From: Rhodosorus marinus CCMP1338
Lineage: Eukaryota > Plantae > Rhodophyta
Length of the DNA stretch: 248,000 nucleotides
Assembly: GCA_029953675.1 (NCBI GenBank)
Contig: JAMWBK010000001.1
Span: 1,260,001-1,508,000 of the forward strand
Reading direction: 5' to 3'
The notes beneath the pieces are model-generated. The model saw only the letters and a list, made by a program, of their open reading frames with translations, was not told the origin of the DNA and did no database searches. Shown in pieces: positions 208,547 to 221,530 of the stretch. The translations under genes and the position numbers were made by a program. Every line of letters starts with the position of its first letter. Positions within the stretch are counted from its first letter, which is position 1.

Positions 208547-209881
208547 ATGCGTGGTAAGGTTGGCATAATGTTTCTGAGCTTGGTGCTCTCTGCCGCGTGC
208601 GGTGGTCTTGGAGCTCCAACGAGTTTGAGCAGTGGGCTTCCCGGGCTGTTGACCGTGAGGGCAGCCGAAACATGCAATAGTGTTTTGGAAAGAACGATTG
208701 ACGAAGATCTCCCGAACACGAACTACGAGCTTTCGTTCAAGGGTTTCAAGAGAACCGTTGTGAACGTAAAGTTGCGTTTATGGAAGTCTAAGGGTGGTAA
208801 ACTTTGGTTCAAGTGGAAGTTGGACGCACGTTACGACCGGAGTGGCGACTTCCTTGGAAACAGTAACAATTGGAAAATTGATCACTTGATCAAGGGCTAC
208901 CGTCTCGGGTTACATTCCGATTGTGAGCGGATACCGTTTGGAAACGACAAGTTCTCCATCAGCGACGAATTCTCGTATGGGAATGTGGAGAAATACCCTA
209001 AATACGTGAAATTTGCTACGACTATGAAAGACATCCCGGCAACTAAGCATGGAAATTGTTGCTTTCCATGCTTTGTGCTTGAGGTCGACTTGATAGATCG
209101 CGACAGCGAGGCTGTACGTCCTGTGCGTGCTGTTACCTCAGAAAAGTGCGAGAAGCGTAGCGGGGGAGATCGAATATGTTCCTTCGACACGATTTGCAAA
209201 AACGTGATTTATGGAACGGAGGGCGACGACGTGATCCACGGAACTTCTGGGAAGGACTATATCTACGGTCTGGGAGGAGACGACGTGATTATAGGACTGC
209301 AGGGGGATGACGTGATCTTTGGTGGGGACGGTGATGATACAATAGAGGGAGGTGATGGTAATGACTACATATACGGCGAGGATGGTGATGATAACTTAGA
209401 CGGAGAGGATGGGGATGACAAAATTGATGGTGGAGACGGCAGGGACGAGATGCGCGGCGGGTCTGGGAACGATAAAATGTATGGTGGAGCAGATTCAGAT
209501 TTCGTCCAAGGAGGTGGCGGGGACGATATGATATTTGGAGGAGGTGGTCGAGATTTCCTCAGCGGGGACTCCACAGCGCACAGTTCCCGTGGCGGCAACG
209601 ATGTAATATATGGTGGCTCAGGACCTGATCAAATCTTCGACACCGCAGGTAATAATCGTCTCTATGGTGAAGAAGGTAACGATCATATCTTTGGAAGACC
209701 GGGTGCTTACATGGATGGTGGGGAAGGCAAAGATCATCTCAGAGAATTTGGCGAAGGGATCAATATGTACGGTGGTCCTGGGGACGACTTTATTCAAGGT
209801 ATTGGCTCAGATCCTCTGGATCAGGACGGTTTTGATGTCCATCTGCCGGGCGACCGAACCAAACCTATACAGTTTGGCTAA
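208547..209881 (+). CDS. Secreted Cys-rich + RTX repeat protein, subfamily 2 (divergently oriented paralog)
   Basis: LGLHSDCERIP..CCFPC; ~14 GGxGxD-type repeats. Confidence 0.82.
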   Translation: MRGKVGIMFLSLVLSAACGGLGAPTSLSSGLPGLLTVRAAETCNSVLERTIDEDLPNTNYELSFKGFKRTVVNVKLRLWKSKGGKLWFKWKLDARYDRSGDFLGNSNNWKIDHLIKGYRLGLHSDCERIPFGNDKFSISDEFSYGNVEKYPKYVKFATTMKDIPATKHGNCCFPCFVLEVDLIDRDSEAVRPVRAVTSEKCEKRSGGDRICSFDTICKNVIYGTEGDDVIHGTSGKDYIYGLGGDDVIIGLQGDDVIFGGDGDDTIEGGDGNDYIYGEDGDDNLDGEDGDDKIDGGDGRDEMRGGSGNDKMYGGADSDFVQGGGGDDMIFGGGGRDFLSGDSTAHSSRGGNDVIYGGSGPDQIFDTAGNNRLYGEEGNDHIFGRPGAYMDGGEGKDHLREFGEGINMYGGPGDDFIQGIGSDPLDQDGFDVHLPGDRTKPIQFG

Positions 209882-209944
209882 GAAAGTAATATTTTCTGTG
209901 GAGCGAGAGAGTTTCCACGTGCGATGAGGCCAGTTGAAAGTTTT

Positions 209945-212900
209945 TTAATTCCTTTTCACGCCTTGCGTAGCGCTATGCTAATAAAAACCAGTTGAAAGCT
210001 ATGCCAGTAAAAACGTAAAAACGTACGAGGCGTTACACTCGGTTCAAGTACATTCTCAGCGAATGTTTGACTCGCGTAGGGCATACGGTTGAGGTGGAAT
210101 CGGAACTACCCATATCGGTCTCGGATAGGGCACCGCCCCGCTGTATCCCAGATCTCCTCGTCTCCGATGCTGCTGCCAGACGCTCGGCATATGTTGACCT
210201 CGCGATCACGTGCCCTGTGGCAAGCGCCCATCTCACGGCTGCAGCCCGCTGCCGGGGAGCAGCGCGGCTTCGGCCCTTCGCCGCGTAAAGGAACGACGGT
210301 ATGCTGAGAGTATGGCCAGTCTGCCTCGCGCTGAGGGTCGCTCTCACCGGTTCCAGCCTTTCATTGTGGAAAACTTTGGTCACATGGAGAAGTCGAGTTT
210401 GGAGTGGTTGCGGAAATGTTTCGCTGAGCATCCTGTTGAATACTTGGAACTTTTGCGGCGTTTAAGTCTCTCTCTGGCGATATTCCAGTAGCATGCTTGC
210501 TGAGGGCACGCTATAGGCGCCTGGGTTTGCACGCTTCCCTACCTAGTTCTTAGTTCATTTTCACGCCTTGCGTAGCGCTTCAGGCTACGCTAATAAAAGC
210601 CAGTAAATACCAGGTGGCGACGAGTTCGCACGATCTCACGCCTGGAGGGCTGATAGCCATTATCAGTCCTGCGTGTAATTTTCAGTGCCAGGAGAAAAGT
210701 ACCCCTCTCTGCGATATTCTGGCTGCATGTTTGCCGAGGCTCGGAATCGTCGCCTTTGTGTTTCCACGCTTTTCTCCCTAGCTCGTGTTCTCTTTCACAC
210801 TTGCCGAGCACTTCAGGCTATGCTCGTAAAAACCATTAAGAGAATAGCCGTGAAGGTGGAATAGTAACTGCCCAGATTAGTTTCGGGCACGGCGTCGCCC
210901 CGCTGCGCCTCAGATCTCCTATCACACACAGTGCCAGCACAGTAAGACCCACGCAGTCTTGCTCAACTCTCCCCTCACACGGCTCACCACCGCCGCTCTC
211001 CTCCGCGGCCTGGGAGGCCATTCATCGCGCTTGTGGTTAACCACTCTGCCTTGGTCACTAGGTCACCGTCTCGATGCCTTCCAGTTCCGCTCTGCCGCAC
211101 GGATCTACCTGGGTTTGCCACAAGCTCCGTGGCACTCTAATCAACCGTATTTCTGCAGGGATGTGCGAGTCGGATTGACGCTTGAGTTGCCACTTCTTGG
211201 GTTAATGCGGACTGCTGAGAGGTCTCCGTACGAGGAGTCGCACTCGCCTCAAGTACATCCTCAGCGCATGTTTGACTCGGGTACGGCAACGCTTGAGGTG
211301 TAATCGGAACTGCCCAGATCGGTCTCGGACACGGCGCTCCCCCGCCGGATCCCAAATCTCCTCGTCTCAGACACTGCCTCCAGACGCTCAGTATACGTGG
211401 ACCTCGGGATCACATGCCCTGTGGTGATATGCTAGCAGCTTGTTTGCCGAGCCGCGCCATTGCCGCGTGGGTTTGCACGCTTCTCTCCGTAGTTCTTAGT
211501 CTGCGCTAGCCAAAAATGGTAAAAACAGTAAAAACGACTGCTTTTTGTTTAGCAGTAAAACCCTTGTTTTGTGAATCGTAACTAACACTTATGTATACGG
211601 TGGTATTCCAGCAGCATGCTGGCCGAAGCCCGCCATCGGCGCCTGGGTTTGCACGTTTTCCTCCCTAGGTCTTAGTTCCGTTTTCACGCCTTGTCTAGCG
211701 CTTCAGGCTATGCTAATAAAAACCAAGTTCACAGCTCGTAATGAAGTCCTCGCACCTGACAGCCTTTTGTACAGATTGAACTCACGCAAAAAAGTACAGC
211801 CCATCTTAGGCAAGGGGTCTAAGTTCAATCTATACGAAAAAATGATTGCACTTTTCCGCATTTCCGTCGCGTTATTACATCTGGTTTTATGATATCTCGC
211901 ATCCTGACTTGTACTGGTTTTACTGGTCTTACTGGTTTTACTGGTTGAACTGGTTCTACCAGCAAAGAAAGAAACTCATCGCCATGTTTCGATCCTGGGA
212001 CCGCTGGAGTTATGAGCCCAGAACGCTATACACTGTGCGATGATGAGCTGGTTTAACTGGTTCTCGCTGGTTTTTACGAGCATAGCCTGTAGCGCAAGGC
212101 GTGAAAAGTAACTAAGAACTAGGGAGGGAAGCGTGAAACCCTAGGCGCCGATGCCGCGCCTCGGCAAGTATTCGGCTAGAACATCGCCACATGCGAAACT
212201 TAAACCTTGTAAGAGTTCCAAGTATTCGATACGATATAGAATATCACCACATGGCGGCACTTCAACGGTGGCAGAGCTCCAAGTATTCGATAGGGTGTAG
212301 TGTTGACGAATAGGCTCTATCTCTTTTAGCAAAAAATCGGAAAGAGAGTTTGTACTAGACAAGGGAGTTTCCTCGCGATCATTACTTGTACGTTTCCGAA
212401 CAAGGGAGCCCTTTGCGTGGGCCTTAAAGGGAGTATTCGACAGATGCGGGCATGTTGCAATATGCGGAACACAAATTGCCGCGGGGCTTTGTCTTCCCCA
212501 GGTGTTCGTGTTTCGGCACTAGCTCATCGCTTGGTACCTGTGATCATTGATTGCTTTGGGTTTATGGATTCATATGGTTCTCTTTGGCGACAAGAGTTGT
212601 TCCGTGAGCGCCGGACCGTCTTCAAGTCGTTGCTTACCAGCTGAAGTTTCTTCCTGCGGCGTATGGACGCCGCTTTGACGTTGGAGGCGCGCGATCTTCG
212701 CCGCGATTAGTCCCTTTTTTGCCCTCGGGGGTTTTACTTTCAGCCTCCCATTAAACAAATTCATTCAATATGTTACGCGCTTCCTCCTGAACGTTCTACC
212801 CTTCCCACATCCAGGAATTTGGCTGGGAACGGGTCAACCCGACTACTCCAGGAGTGAGTGAGGATGCTTATGATTTTAACGGTGGTTTTACGTATGCAGA

Positions 212901-213470
212901 ACATCTGGCGGCTGCGTCCTATACAGGAGATCTGCGATGCATCGAGGCGGCGCGGTGGAAGAGGCTGGGCTGGGCATTCAAGGCCGTTTAGAATCAACCT
213001 CAACGTGTAGCCAATTCTAATCAAACGTTCGCTCGGGATGTACTTCGGCGGGTTAACGTCTCGTACGATGAGCTCTCAATAATCCACACGATTCCAGATA
213101 TTGGTACCCTAAACCTTCATTCGGCCCCCCCCTCCCGCAAGCGTATTTCAGCTCTTTACAATGTCCCTAACTAGGGGCGGCAAAAAACAAAATGGTGTCA
213201 TTGAATGAATGAATGAATGGTTTAATCGGAGGCTGAAAAAAAAAAACCCCGAGGGGAAAAAAAGACTAAGCGCGGCGAAGTACTCGCGCCTCCAACATCA
213301 AAGCGGCATTCATGCGCCACAGCAGGAAACTTAAGCGGGTAAACAACGATTGAAGACGGTCAGGGCGTTCGCGGAACAACTCCCGAAGCCAGCGAGAACC
213401 AACAGAGTCCATGAACCCAAAGCACTCAATGATCAGGGGTACCAAGCGATGTGCTAGTGCCGAAGCACGA
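209945..213470. mobile_element. Cluster of old family A and B fragments
   Basis: Degenerate RLE ends; (ACTGGTTTT)-like tails. Confidence 0.7.
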
Positions 213471-214828
213471 TTGACGCGATTTCTGTTTTTACCTTTTTTC
213501 TTGATTTGTGGCAACCACAAAATACATGGTACAATTCAACTTTATTCATATATTATTTTCTTAATTTGTACAAATAATATACCAATGGACGCTCAATACC
213601 TAATTATTCATCTTAAATATCAACTTGTCATCGATCCCGAAATAGGCTTAATTTTATCCTTTGTTTTGTAAATAGTTTGAACGAACACCTGGTGTGACGT
213701 TGCTTAGTACGAATTGGCTGACATGGTACTATATAATATTACTAAAATGTAGCATATACCTTTAAAAAGCATATAACGATCATTGATTGGATAATACGGA
213801 TGTGATTACACCAGTTTGGGCGGCGTTCGCTAGTTGGCAGCCCTTTTTTGATTTTGGGTGAATTTTCAAACGGGGCAAAATTTAAATCTCTCTTGGAGAA
213901 TATTTAGACGTGACTTCTCTAAAGGGAACGTTTTTCACCTTGAAATTTCGTATTTCATTGATTGTATTGTATATTTAGAATAGTAAGAATCTAAAATATT
214001 GACGGGACGATGGTTGGGGAGAAGCATTGGAGCGATTGATTTGGTTTAGGGAGGGGGAGCTGGCCGGGCAAGTGCAGGATGGCGAGCACTGATGCAATGG
214101 GGAACTGGGATAGCCCTGCTGGTGGGATCCCATGCAATTCTATTTTTTCCCGAGGCTTAAATAGACTGAAATAAGAAAGAATTTGCTTAGAAAGCACATA
214201 TGAACTCCATAGTTGACTCCGATCCGAAGCAGGGAGATTTTCGGTTTAGCGTGGCTAGGCAACTTGGGACTGATGCAAGGTTGATGGGTTGCCTGTCACA
214301 TCGACAACTATACGGTTGTCAGGGGTCATGTTTTTTTTTGCGAAAGAGCACTCTATCTGTATGCCATCTCGCGTTGTCCTGAACGGTTTGGAGAGCCGTC
214401 CCGGATTGAATTTCTTTGGCTGCCAGGATCCCGAGCTGCCCGGATCACGGTTCTGGAATAAACGGCGCATTTCCGCACTCGGGAGACGGCCCAGCTACAG
214501 GTTAACGAGATCTTGCTGACGTCCATAGGAGTTTGAATGATATTAAGCCACCTCTTGTGTTCTGGCTGGCCTAGAACGTCTGTCACTGTAGAGCTTACGA
214601 ACCGAATCCCAGTTCATCTGGCTAAGCTTTCATCGTGCGCACCTAAGGCTATCGTCAATCGCCTTTTTTCATCCACGGACAAGGATGAACTTGGCCACTG
214701 CTCATGAGCTTTTTTGGCACAGGAAGGGTATAAAAAGGTCACGGTGAGCTTTGAGGATGGATGTATTCGGTGAGTGGTCATCAACAGAGAAACAAAGAGA
214801 GAGAGGCAAAGAGAGAGAAACAGAGACG

Positions 214829-216220
214829 ATGAAGACAACAACGGTAATATTAGTAATTCTGGCGGCGTTTGTCGTGGGAAGCCAGGCGAGTTATGAAGAA
214901 CGTGAGTTTTGCCTTCCGAGGGCGCCGGCGACAATCGGGATCCAAACCTACCTCAACTCGATCCACATGTGCCTCGACAACTGGGGACCGTGGAAGGGAA
215001 TCGCTAATCGCTGGTATAATCCGGACGGAAGTTTCCTTGTCTTCCCCTCGGGCAAACAGATCCAGTTGAAGGTACTTCCGAGCAAGGCCAAGAAGGTCCC
215101 CAACAAGCCTGGCTTCAACCGTTGGTACGAGGCCTACGTCCGGGACGTTTGCACTCAGGACATCGACTTCTACCCTTACAAACACCCCAAGATGGGTCAG
215201 CTCAACGTGTTGAGGCTTCACATGGAGAGCGCGGGTCCCGAAGTGAAAATCGGATGCAGCAACACGCGCACGGATGCTCCCTGCAAGGCGCACTTCCTCA
215301 AGCACGACATCTCGCTGGACAACTTCAACATCAGGATCTACTTCAAGCTCCAATCCAGCAAGAAGAAGGAAGGGTTTGTCCAAATGGTTCCGAAGTACGT
215401 CAAGGTGGACTTTGACATCAAGCCGGACTCCTGGGTGCTCGACAAACTGAACAATGTGATCAACTACTTCTACGACTTGAAGGGTTACCTGGTGAAGGAA
215501 GTTGAGGAGGCGGTTATGGCTGAGCTGGACAGGCCCGACATCCAGGAGCAGCTCACCTTCGACCTCAACGAACTGATCACCGACAAAGTCATGGACTTTG
215601 TCAAGTCGAGGCTTGGCGATACCAGCGCGGTGTCCAACTGGGTTGAGAACAACACCTCCATCAAGAGCTTCAACGAAAAGAAGACCGAGCTATGCTTTAC
215701 TGTTAGATACCCCAAGCCGGTACACATCTTCACGACTCAGATTCAGTACTTTAGAGCAGTCAATCCCGTCGTGAAAAAGATGTGTCCTTTCCAGTTCGGG
215801 TTTATCAGCAGGGTCAAGGCCGATGCACCGGTCAATGGTTATGGATACATCCGCTACTCCGATGGTTCGAAGAGCAAGAACTTCAACTGGGGATTCTCGA
215901 AGCCCGGCAGCAGCACCGCCAACTTCTACAAAACTATTAGAGAGCAGGAGTCGGGTAGGGCCATCCTTTACCTCAAGCATAAGCTGTGGCATGGCGGATG
216001 GATCACGAAGAGGTCGGCCCTAGCCATGCGATGGGGAACGTCATACAGAGGAGAATGTGAGCTCGGATTCAAGTTTGAGATGGCGACCTCCAGAGCCCAA
216101 GAGGCCGAAGTCGCTGATGACTCAGGTTTCGTCCAGGGCGAGTACCATGGTAAGACTGATCCGAACGAGAGCGATGAGGACTTTGAACAAGAATTCGCCC
216201 AGCTAAAAGATGAGCAGTGA
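214829..216220 (+). CDS. Secreted protein of unknown function (~463 aa), paralog of 17844-19235
   Basis: Signal peptide MKTTTVILVILAAFVVG; shared blocks; acidic C-terminal tail. Confidence 0.8.
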   Translation: MKTTTVILVILAAFVVGSQASYEEREFCLPRAPATIGIQTYLNSIHMCLDNWGPWKGIANRWYNPDGSFLVFPSGKQIQLKVLPSKAKKVPNKPGFNRWYEAYVRDVCTQDIDFYPYKHPKMGQLNVLRLHMESAGPEVKIGCSNTRTDAPCKAHFLKHDISLDNFNIRIYFKLQSSKKKEGFVQMVPKYVKVDFDIKPDSWVLDKLNNVINYFYDLKGYLVKEVEEAVMAELDRPDIQEQLTFDLNELITDKVMDFVKSRLGDTSAVSNWVENNTSIKSFNEKKTELCFTVRYPKPVHIFTTQIQYFRAVNPVVKKMCPFQFGFISRVKADAPVNGYGYIRYSDGSKSKNFNWGFSKPGSSTANFYKTIREQESGRAILYLKHKLWHGGWITKRSALAMRWGTSYRGECELGFKFEMATSRAQEAEVADDSGFVQGEYHGKTDPNESDEDFEQEFAQLKDEQ

Positions 216221-216594
216221 AGAGATGGTGCAATTTCCCGCTCCATCGGAAGGAACAGTCGCACTGAAATCGTACATAGATCCAAATCTTTGTTCATATC
216301 CGTCATTGGTCACGTTGTTCACTAAAAGTTGAATCTATTCTGGAAGACACTCACGGACGTCGAAGAACCTCATCCCGTTTGTTCTTGAGGACAGCTTTTG
216401 CAATGGCCTTCCAGTTCCAAAAAATCATCCGGCAGAGCTCGTGGAGCATGGCCAGGTATCTGCCTCGCGAAGAGTACGGATCTCCTGCGTAGTAAGCTAC
216501 TTGGTTTCTACTCCTCTTGCGTCCGTTTAGTGTTCGTTGAATGGCAACACTCGCACATTACACGTTTGCTTTCAGAGAGTGGCTAGCTTACACT

Positions 216595-219500
216595 GGTTTT
216601 TATTGGCTTTATTGGCTTTATTGGCTTTATTGGTTTGCCTTTATTGGTTTGGCTTTATTGGACTTTACTGGACTTTACTAGCATAGCCTGAAGCGCTACG
216701 CAAGGCGTGAAGATGAACTAATAACTAGGGAGGGAAGCATGCAACCCCAGGCGCCGATGGCGCGCCTCGGAAAGCATGTGGCTGGAATATCGCCAAAGGG
216801 AGACACTTAAACGCCTCAAGAGCGCCAAATATTCAGTAGGATGCTCAGCAAAACATTTCCGCAACCACTCTAAACCCGACTTATCGACGTGACCAAAGCT
216901 TTCCACAATGAATGGCTGGAACCGGTGAGAGCGACCCTCAGCGCAAGGCAGACTGGCCATGCTCTCAGCATACCGTCGTTCCTTAACTCTTCGAAGGGCT
217001 GAAGCCGCGGCCCCCCGGCGGCGGGCGGCTGCGGTGAGGTGGGCGCTGGCCACGGGGCAGGTAATCGCAAGGTCCACATATGTTGAGCGTCTGGCAGCAG
217101 CGTCGGAGACGAGGAGATCGGCTATACAACGGGGCGGTGCAGAGTCCGAGATGGATCTGGGCAGTTCCGACTCAACCTCAACCGTATGCCCTATCCGAGT
217201 CAAAGATTCGCTGAGGATGTACTTGAGGCGAGTGTGACGCCTCGTACGGAGACCTCGCAACAGTCCGCAGGAACCCAGGAAGTGGTAGCCACAAGCGTCA
217301 ATCCGGCTCTCACATCCCTGACAGAAAGACGGCCGATTAGAGTGCCACGGAGCCTGTGGCAAACCGAGATAGATCCGTGCGGCAGAACGGAACTGGAAAG
217401 CATCGAGACGATGACTCAATGACGACGGCAGAGTGGTTAACCACAAGTGCGAGAGGTGGCCTCCCATGCCGCGGAGACGAGCGGCAGTGGTAGGCGGCGT
217501 GAGAGGAGAATTGAGCATGACTGTGTGAGCGGCACTGTGTTGGCCCCAGGTGAGGCTATGTTGAATCACATCAGTGCGGGAGCTCCACAATCGGCTCAAA
217601 CCCGGGTAGTCTGCAACAGGGGGCCCGGGGCTAGCCTCTCCGTCATCGGCAAGAACTCGGTCGAGGGGACAATCCTCAATCGCTTCAGCTCGTCCCCATA
217701 ACAGCTCCCTCCAGGAACGAAAGCGGGACCGATTTGCGTCCGGCACGGCGTTGCACCTCCTGAACGCGTGTTGAAGACCATCATAAATTGTCAAAAGCGG
217801 GGGCGGCAGGGTCACTGGATCCTCGTTGGTCAAAGCTCGAGCCAAGAGGCAGGCACTTCGCATCTGGAAGGTCACCAACGTTCGCAGCGCGGTAGCCCAG
217901 GAGGCAACCGCCGCTGGCGAGCATACCAGCCCACGGTCTGCGACGCCGAATCCCCCTAATCGCAACGGTAGAGCGATCTGTGCACGAATAAAGTCCCTGT
218001 CGGGAGCAGCTTCAAGATCGAGGGGCTCATCCAAGAGCGTTCCCCAGTGTTGCAGGGTCATTTCGTCGGCTTTAGCCGCGATCCACGAGCTTTACTAGCA
218101 TAGCCTGAAGCGCTACGCAAGGCGTGAAGATGAACTAATAACTAGGGAGGGAAGCATGCAACCCCAGGCGCCGATGGCGCGCCTCGGAAAGCATGTCGCT
218201 GGAATATCGCCAAAGGGAGACACTTAAACGCCTCAAGAGCGCCAAATATTCAGTAGGATGCTCAGCAAAACATTTCCGCAACCACTCTAAACCCGACTTA
218301 TCCATGTGACCAAAGCTTTCCACAATGAATGGCTGGAACCGGTGAGAGCGACCCTCAGCGCAAGGCAGACTGGCCATGCTCTCAGCATACCGTCGTTCCT
218401 TAACTCTTCGAAGGGCTGAAGCCGCGGCCCCCCGGCGGCGGGCGGCTGCGGTGAGGTGGGCGCTGGCCACGGGGCAGGTAATCGCAAGGTCCACATATGT
218501 TGAGCGTCTGGCAGCAGCGTCGGAGACGAGGAGATCGGCTATACAACGGGGCGGTGCAGAGTCCGAGATTGATCTGGGCAGTTCCGACTCAACCTCAACC
218601 GTATGCCCTATCCGAGTCAAATATTCGCTGAGGATGTACTTGAGGCGAGTGTGACGCCTCGTACGGAGACCTCGCAACAGTCCGCAGGAACCCAGGAAGT
218701 GGTAGCCACAAGCGTCAATCCGGCTCTCACATCCCTGACAGAAAGACGGCCGATTAGAGTGCCACGGAGCCTGTGGCAAACCGAGATAGATCCGTGCGGC
218801 AGAACGGAACTGGAAAGCATCGAGACGATGACTCAATGACGACGGTAGAGTGGTTAACCACAAGTGCGAGAGGTGGCCTCCCATGCCGCGGAGACGAGCG
218901 GCAGTGGTAAGCGCTACGCAAACCGATAAAAGGAACTAAGAACTTGGTAGGGAAGCGCGGCAAGCATGCTGCTCGAATATCGTCACAGAGAGACACTTAA
219001 GCGCCGCAAAAGTTCCAAGTATTCAACAGGATGCTCAGTGAAACATTTCCGCATTTGGCTTTATTAGCATAGCCTAAAGCGCTACGCAAACCGTGAAAAG
219101 GAACTAACAACTAGGTAGGGAAGCGTGCAAACCCAGGCGCCGATGGCGAGCCTCGGCAAGCATATGGGCTTGAATATCGCCACAGGGCTTTATTGGCTTT
219201 ATTAGCATAGCCTACAGCGCTACGCAAACCGTGAAAAGGAACTAAGAACTAGGTAGGGAAGCGTGCAAACCCAGGCGCCGATGGCGCGCCCCGGCAAGCA
219301 TGCTGCTCGAATATCGCCACAGAGAGACACTTAACCGCCGCAAAAGTTCCAAGTATTCAACAGGATGCTCAGTGAAACATTTCCGCAACCACTCCAAACC
219401 CTCCTTCTCCACGTGACCAAAGCTTTCCACAATGAAAGGCTGGAACCGGTGGGAGCGACCCTCAGCGCGAGGCACGCTAGCCATACTCTCATAATAAGTT

Positions 219501-220200
219501 CCAAGTATTGAACAGGATGCTCAGTGAAACATTTCCGCAACCACTCCAAACCCGACTTCTCCACGTGACCAAAGCTTTCCACAATGAAAGGCGGGAACCC
219601 GTGGGAGCGACCCTCAGCGCGAGACGGGCTGGCCATGCTCTCAGCATACCGTCGTTCCTTCGCGCGGCGAAGGGCCGAAGCAGCTGCTCCTCGGCGGCGG
219701 GCGGCAGCCGTCAGATGGGCGCTTGCAACAGGGCATGTAATCGCAAGGTCAACATATGCTGAGCATCTGGCGGCAGCATCGGAGACGAGGAGATCTGCGA
219801 TACAGCGGGGCGGTGCCTATCCGAGACCGATCTGGGTTGTTCCGATTCCACCTCTACCGTATGCCCTACCCGAGTCAAACATTCGCTGAGAATGTACTTG
219901 AAGCGAGTGTGAGTCCTCGTACGAAGACCGCTCAACAGTCCGCATGAACCTAAGAAATGGAAACCACAAGCATTGATCCGACTCTCACATCCCTGACAGA
220001 AGACGGCCGATTAGAGCGCCACGGAGCTTTTGGCAAAGCCAGGTAAATCCGAGCGGCAGAGCGAAACTGGAAGGCATCCAGACGGTGACCCAGTGATGAC
220101 GGCAGGGTCGTTAACCACAAATGTGGTAGATGGCTCCCATGCCGCGGAGGCGAGCGGCGGTAGTAGGCGGTGTGAGAGGAGAGTTGAGCAAGATTGCGTG
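216595..220200 (-). mobile_element. Head-to-tail array of family A 3' portions with a long repeat tail
   Basis: (GGCTTTATT)n/(GGACTTTACT)n at 216595-216680; successive truncated copies. Confidence 0.88.
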
Positions 220201-220414
220201 AGCGGCATAGTTATATGGCTGGGTTTGCAAATGTTTTCCTCAGTTACCTGAAACTTTCGAAAAGATGAAGGTGGTGGTGTGGTATTGTGCGGTGCTGTTT
220301 ATGTGCGCTATATCTGTGGATGCTGAGGGCTACCTGACATGTGCTGATTTGTCCGTGACCACGGGTCTGCTTATTGAGAGTGTGGATGGGGTAACCAAAG
220401 ACCTCGTTTTCAAC

Positions 220415-221530
220415 GAACGAATGGTTTAATCGGAGGCTGAAAAAAAAAAAACCGAGGGGAAAAAAAGACTAAGCGCGGCGAAGTACTCGCGCCTCCAACA
220501 TCAAAGCGGCATTCATGCGTCACAGCAGGAAACTTAAGCGGGTAAACAACGATTGAAGACGGTCAGGGCGTTCGCGGAACAACTCCCGAAGCCAGCGAGA
220601 ACCAACAGAGTCCATGAACCCAAAGCACTCAATGATCAGGGGTACCAAGCGATGTGCTAGTGCCGAAGCACGAACACCAGGGGAAGACAAAGCCCCCGCG
220701 TATTTGATCTCTTTGCGGCGTCTCATGCTGGCGGCGGCAGATCCACGGCGCTCCCCCGCAGCCGGGAGATAACGACTAGCTTGAGGGTTAGGAACAGCAA
220801 GATCAACGTATGTGGTACGGCGGCTGTCGTCACAGGTGATCACCAGGTCGGCTACACGGCGTTCATCATTTTGAAAGTCCGCGACGGGTAAAGGTTTCTC
220901 ACGTTCGATTTCCAGACCGGCTTGCCGGACTATAGGCCGAAGTTCCCGGTATAACAGGTTCAAGATCCGTGTGTGGCGGCGGGTTCGAGCACCTTTCACC
221001 GCCGGGCAACTAGCGAGCAGGTGGGCGCCAAAATCTGCGTTGTCTTCAGTCTGAGAGCAGAGAGGGCACGACGAACCCATCTCGTACGGCCAAGGGGGCT
221101 GATGTAAGCCGAGGTATAAGCGCAGTGAAGTACGCACTTCGAAATCCGACAGTGTGAGTGGCGGAAAGGCTGGTACGGTCATGAGCCACTGAGAGCTAAT
221201 AACCCCTCCAAGACTACGTAGGCGGGCGCGAGCGCGAGAAAATGAGACCATCTGCGCGAGGAGTCGGCCATATGCAGCACGGTGCAAGTCCCAAGAAAGG
221301 ATATTTTGCAGCGCATCCGTGCGTGCTTGAGCTCGGCTCCCAGCGCGCTGGGAATCATCAGGAGGATCAACTGGAACTTCTTCTTCTGCGGCAACCACTG
221401 GGTCAATCTCCCCTAGAACAGGTTCAGGCGCAGGACGAGTCCCCGGGGCGGAGCCTCGAGAGCGGTCAAATACAGCTCGCCAGTCAGGAAGACGGGGTTG
221501 AACGGTTTCGGGGAGACTAGTACAGGAATT
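220415..221530 (-). mobile_element. Family B 5'-truncated copy
   Basis: RLE C-terminus and B tail. Confidence 0.88.
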
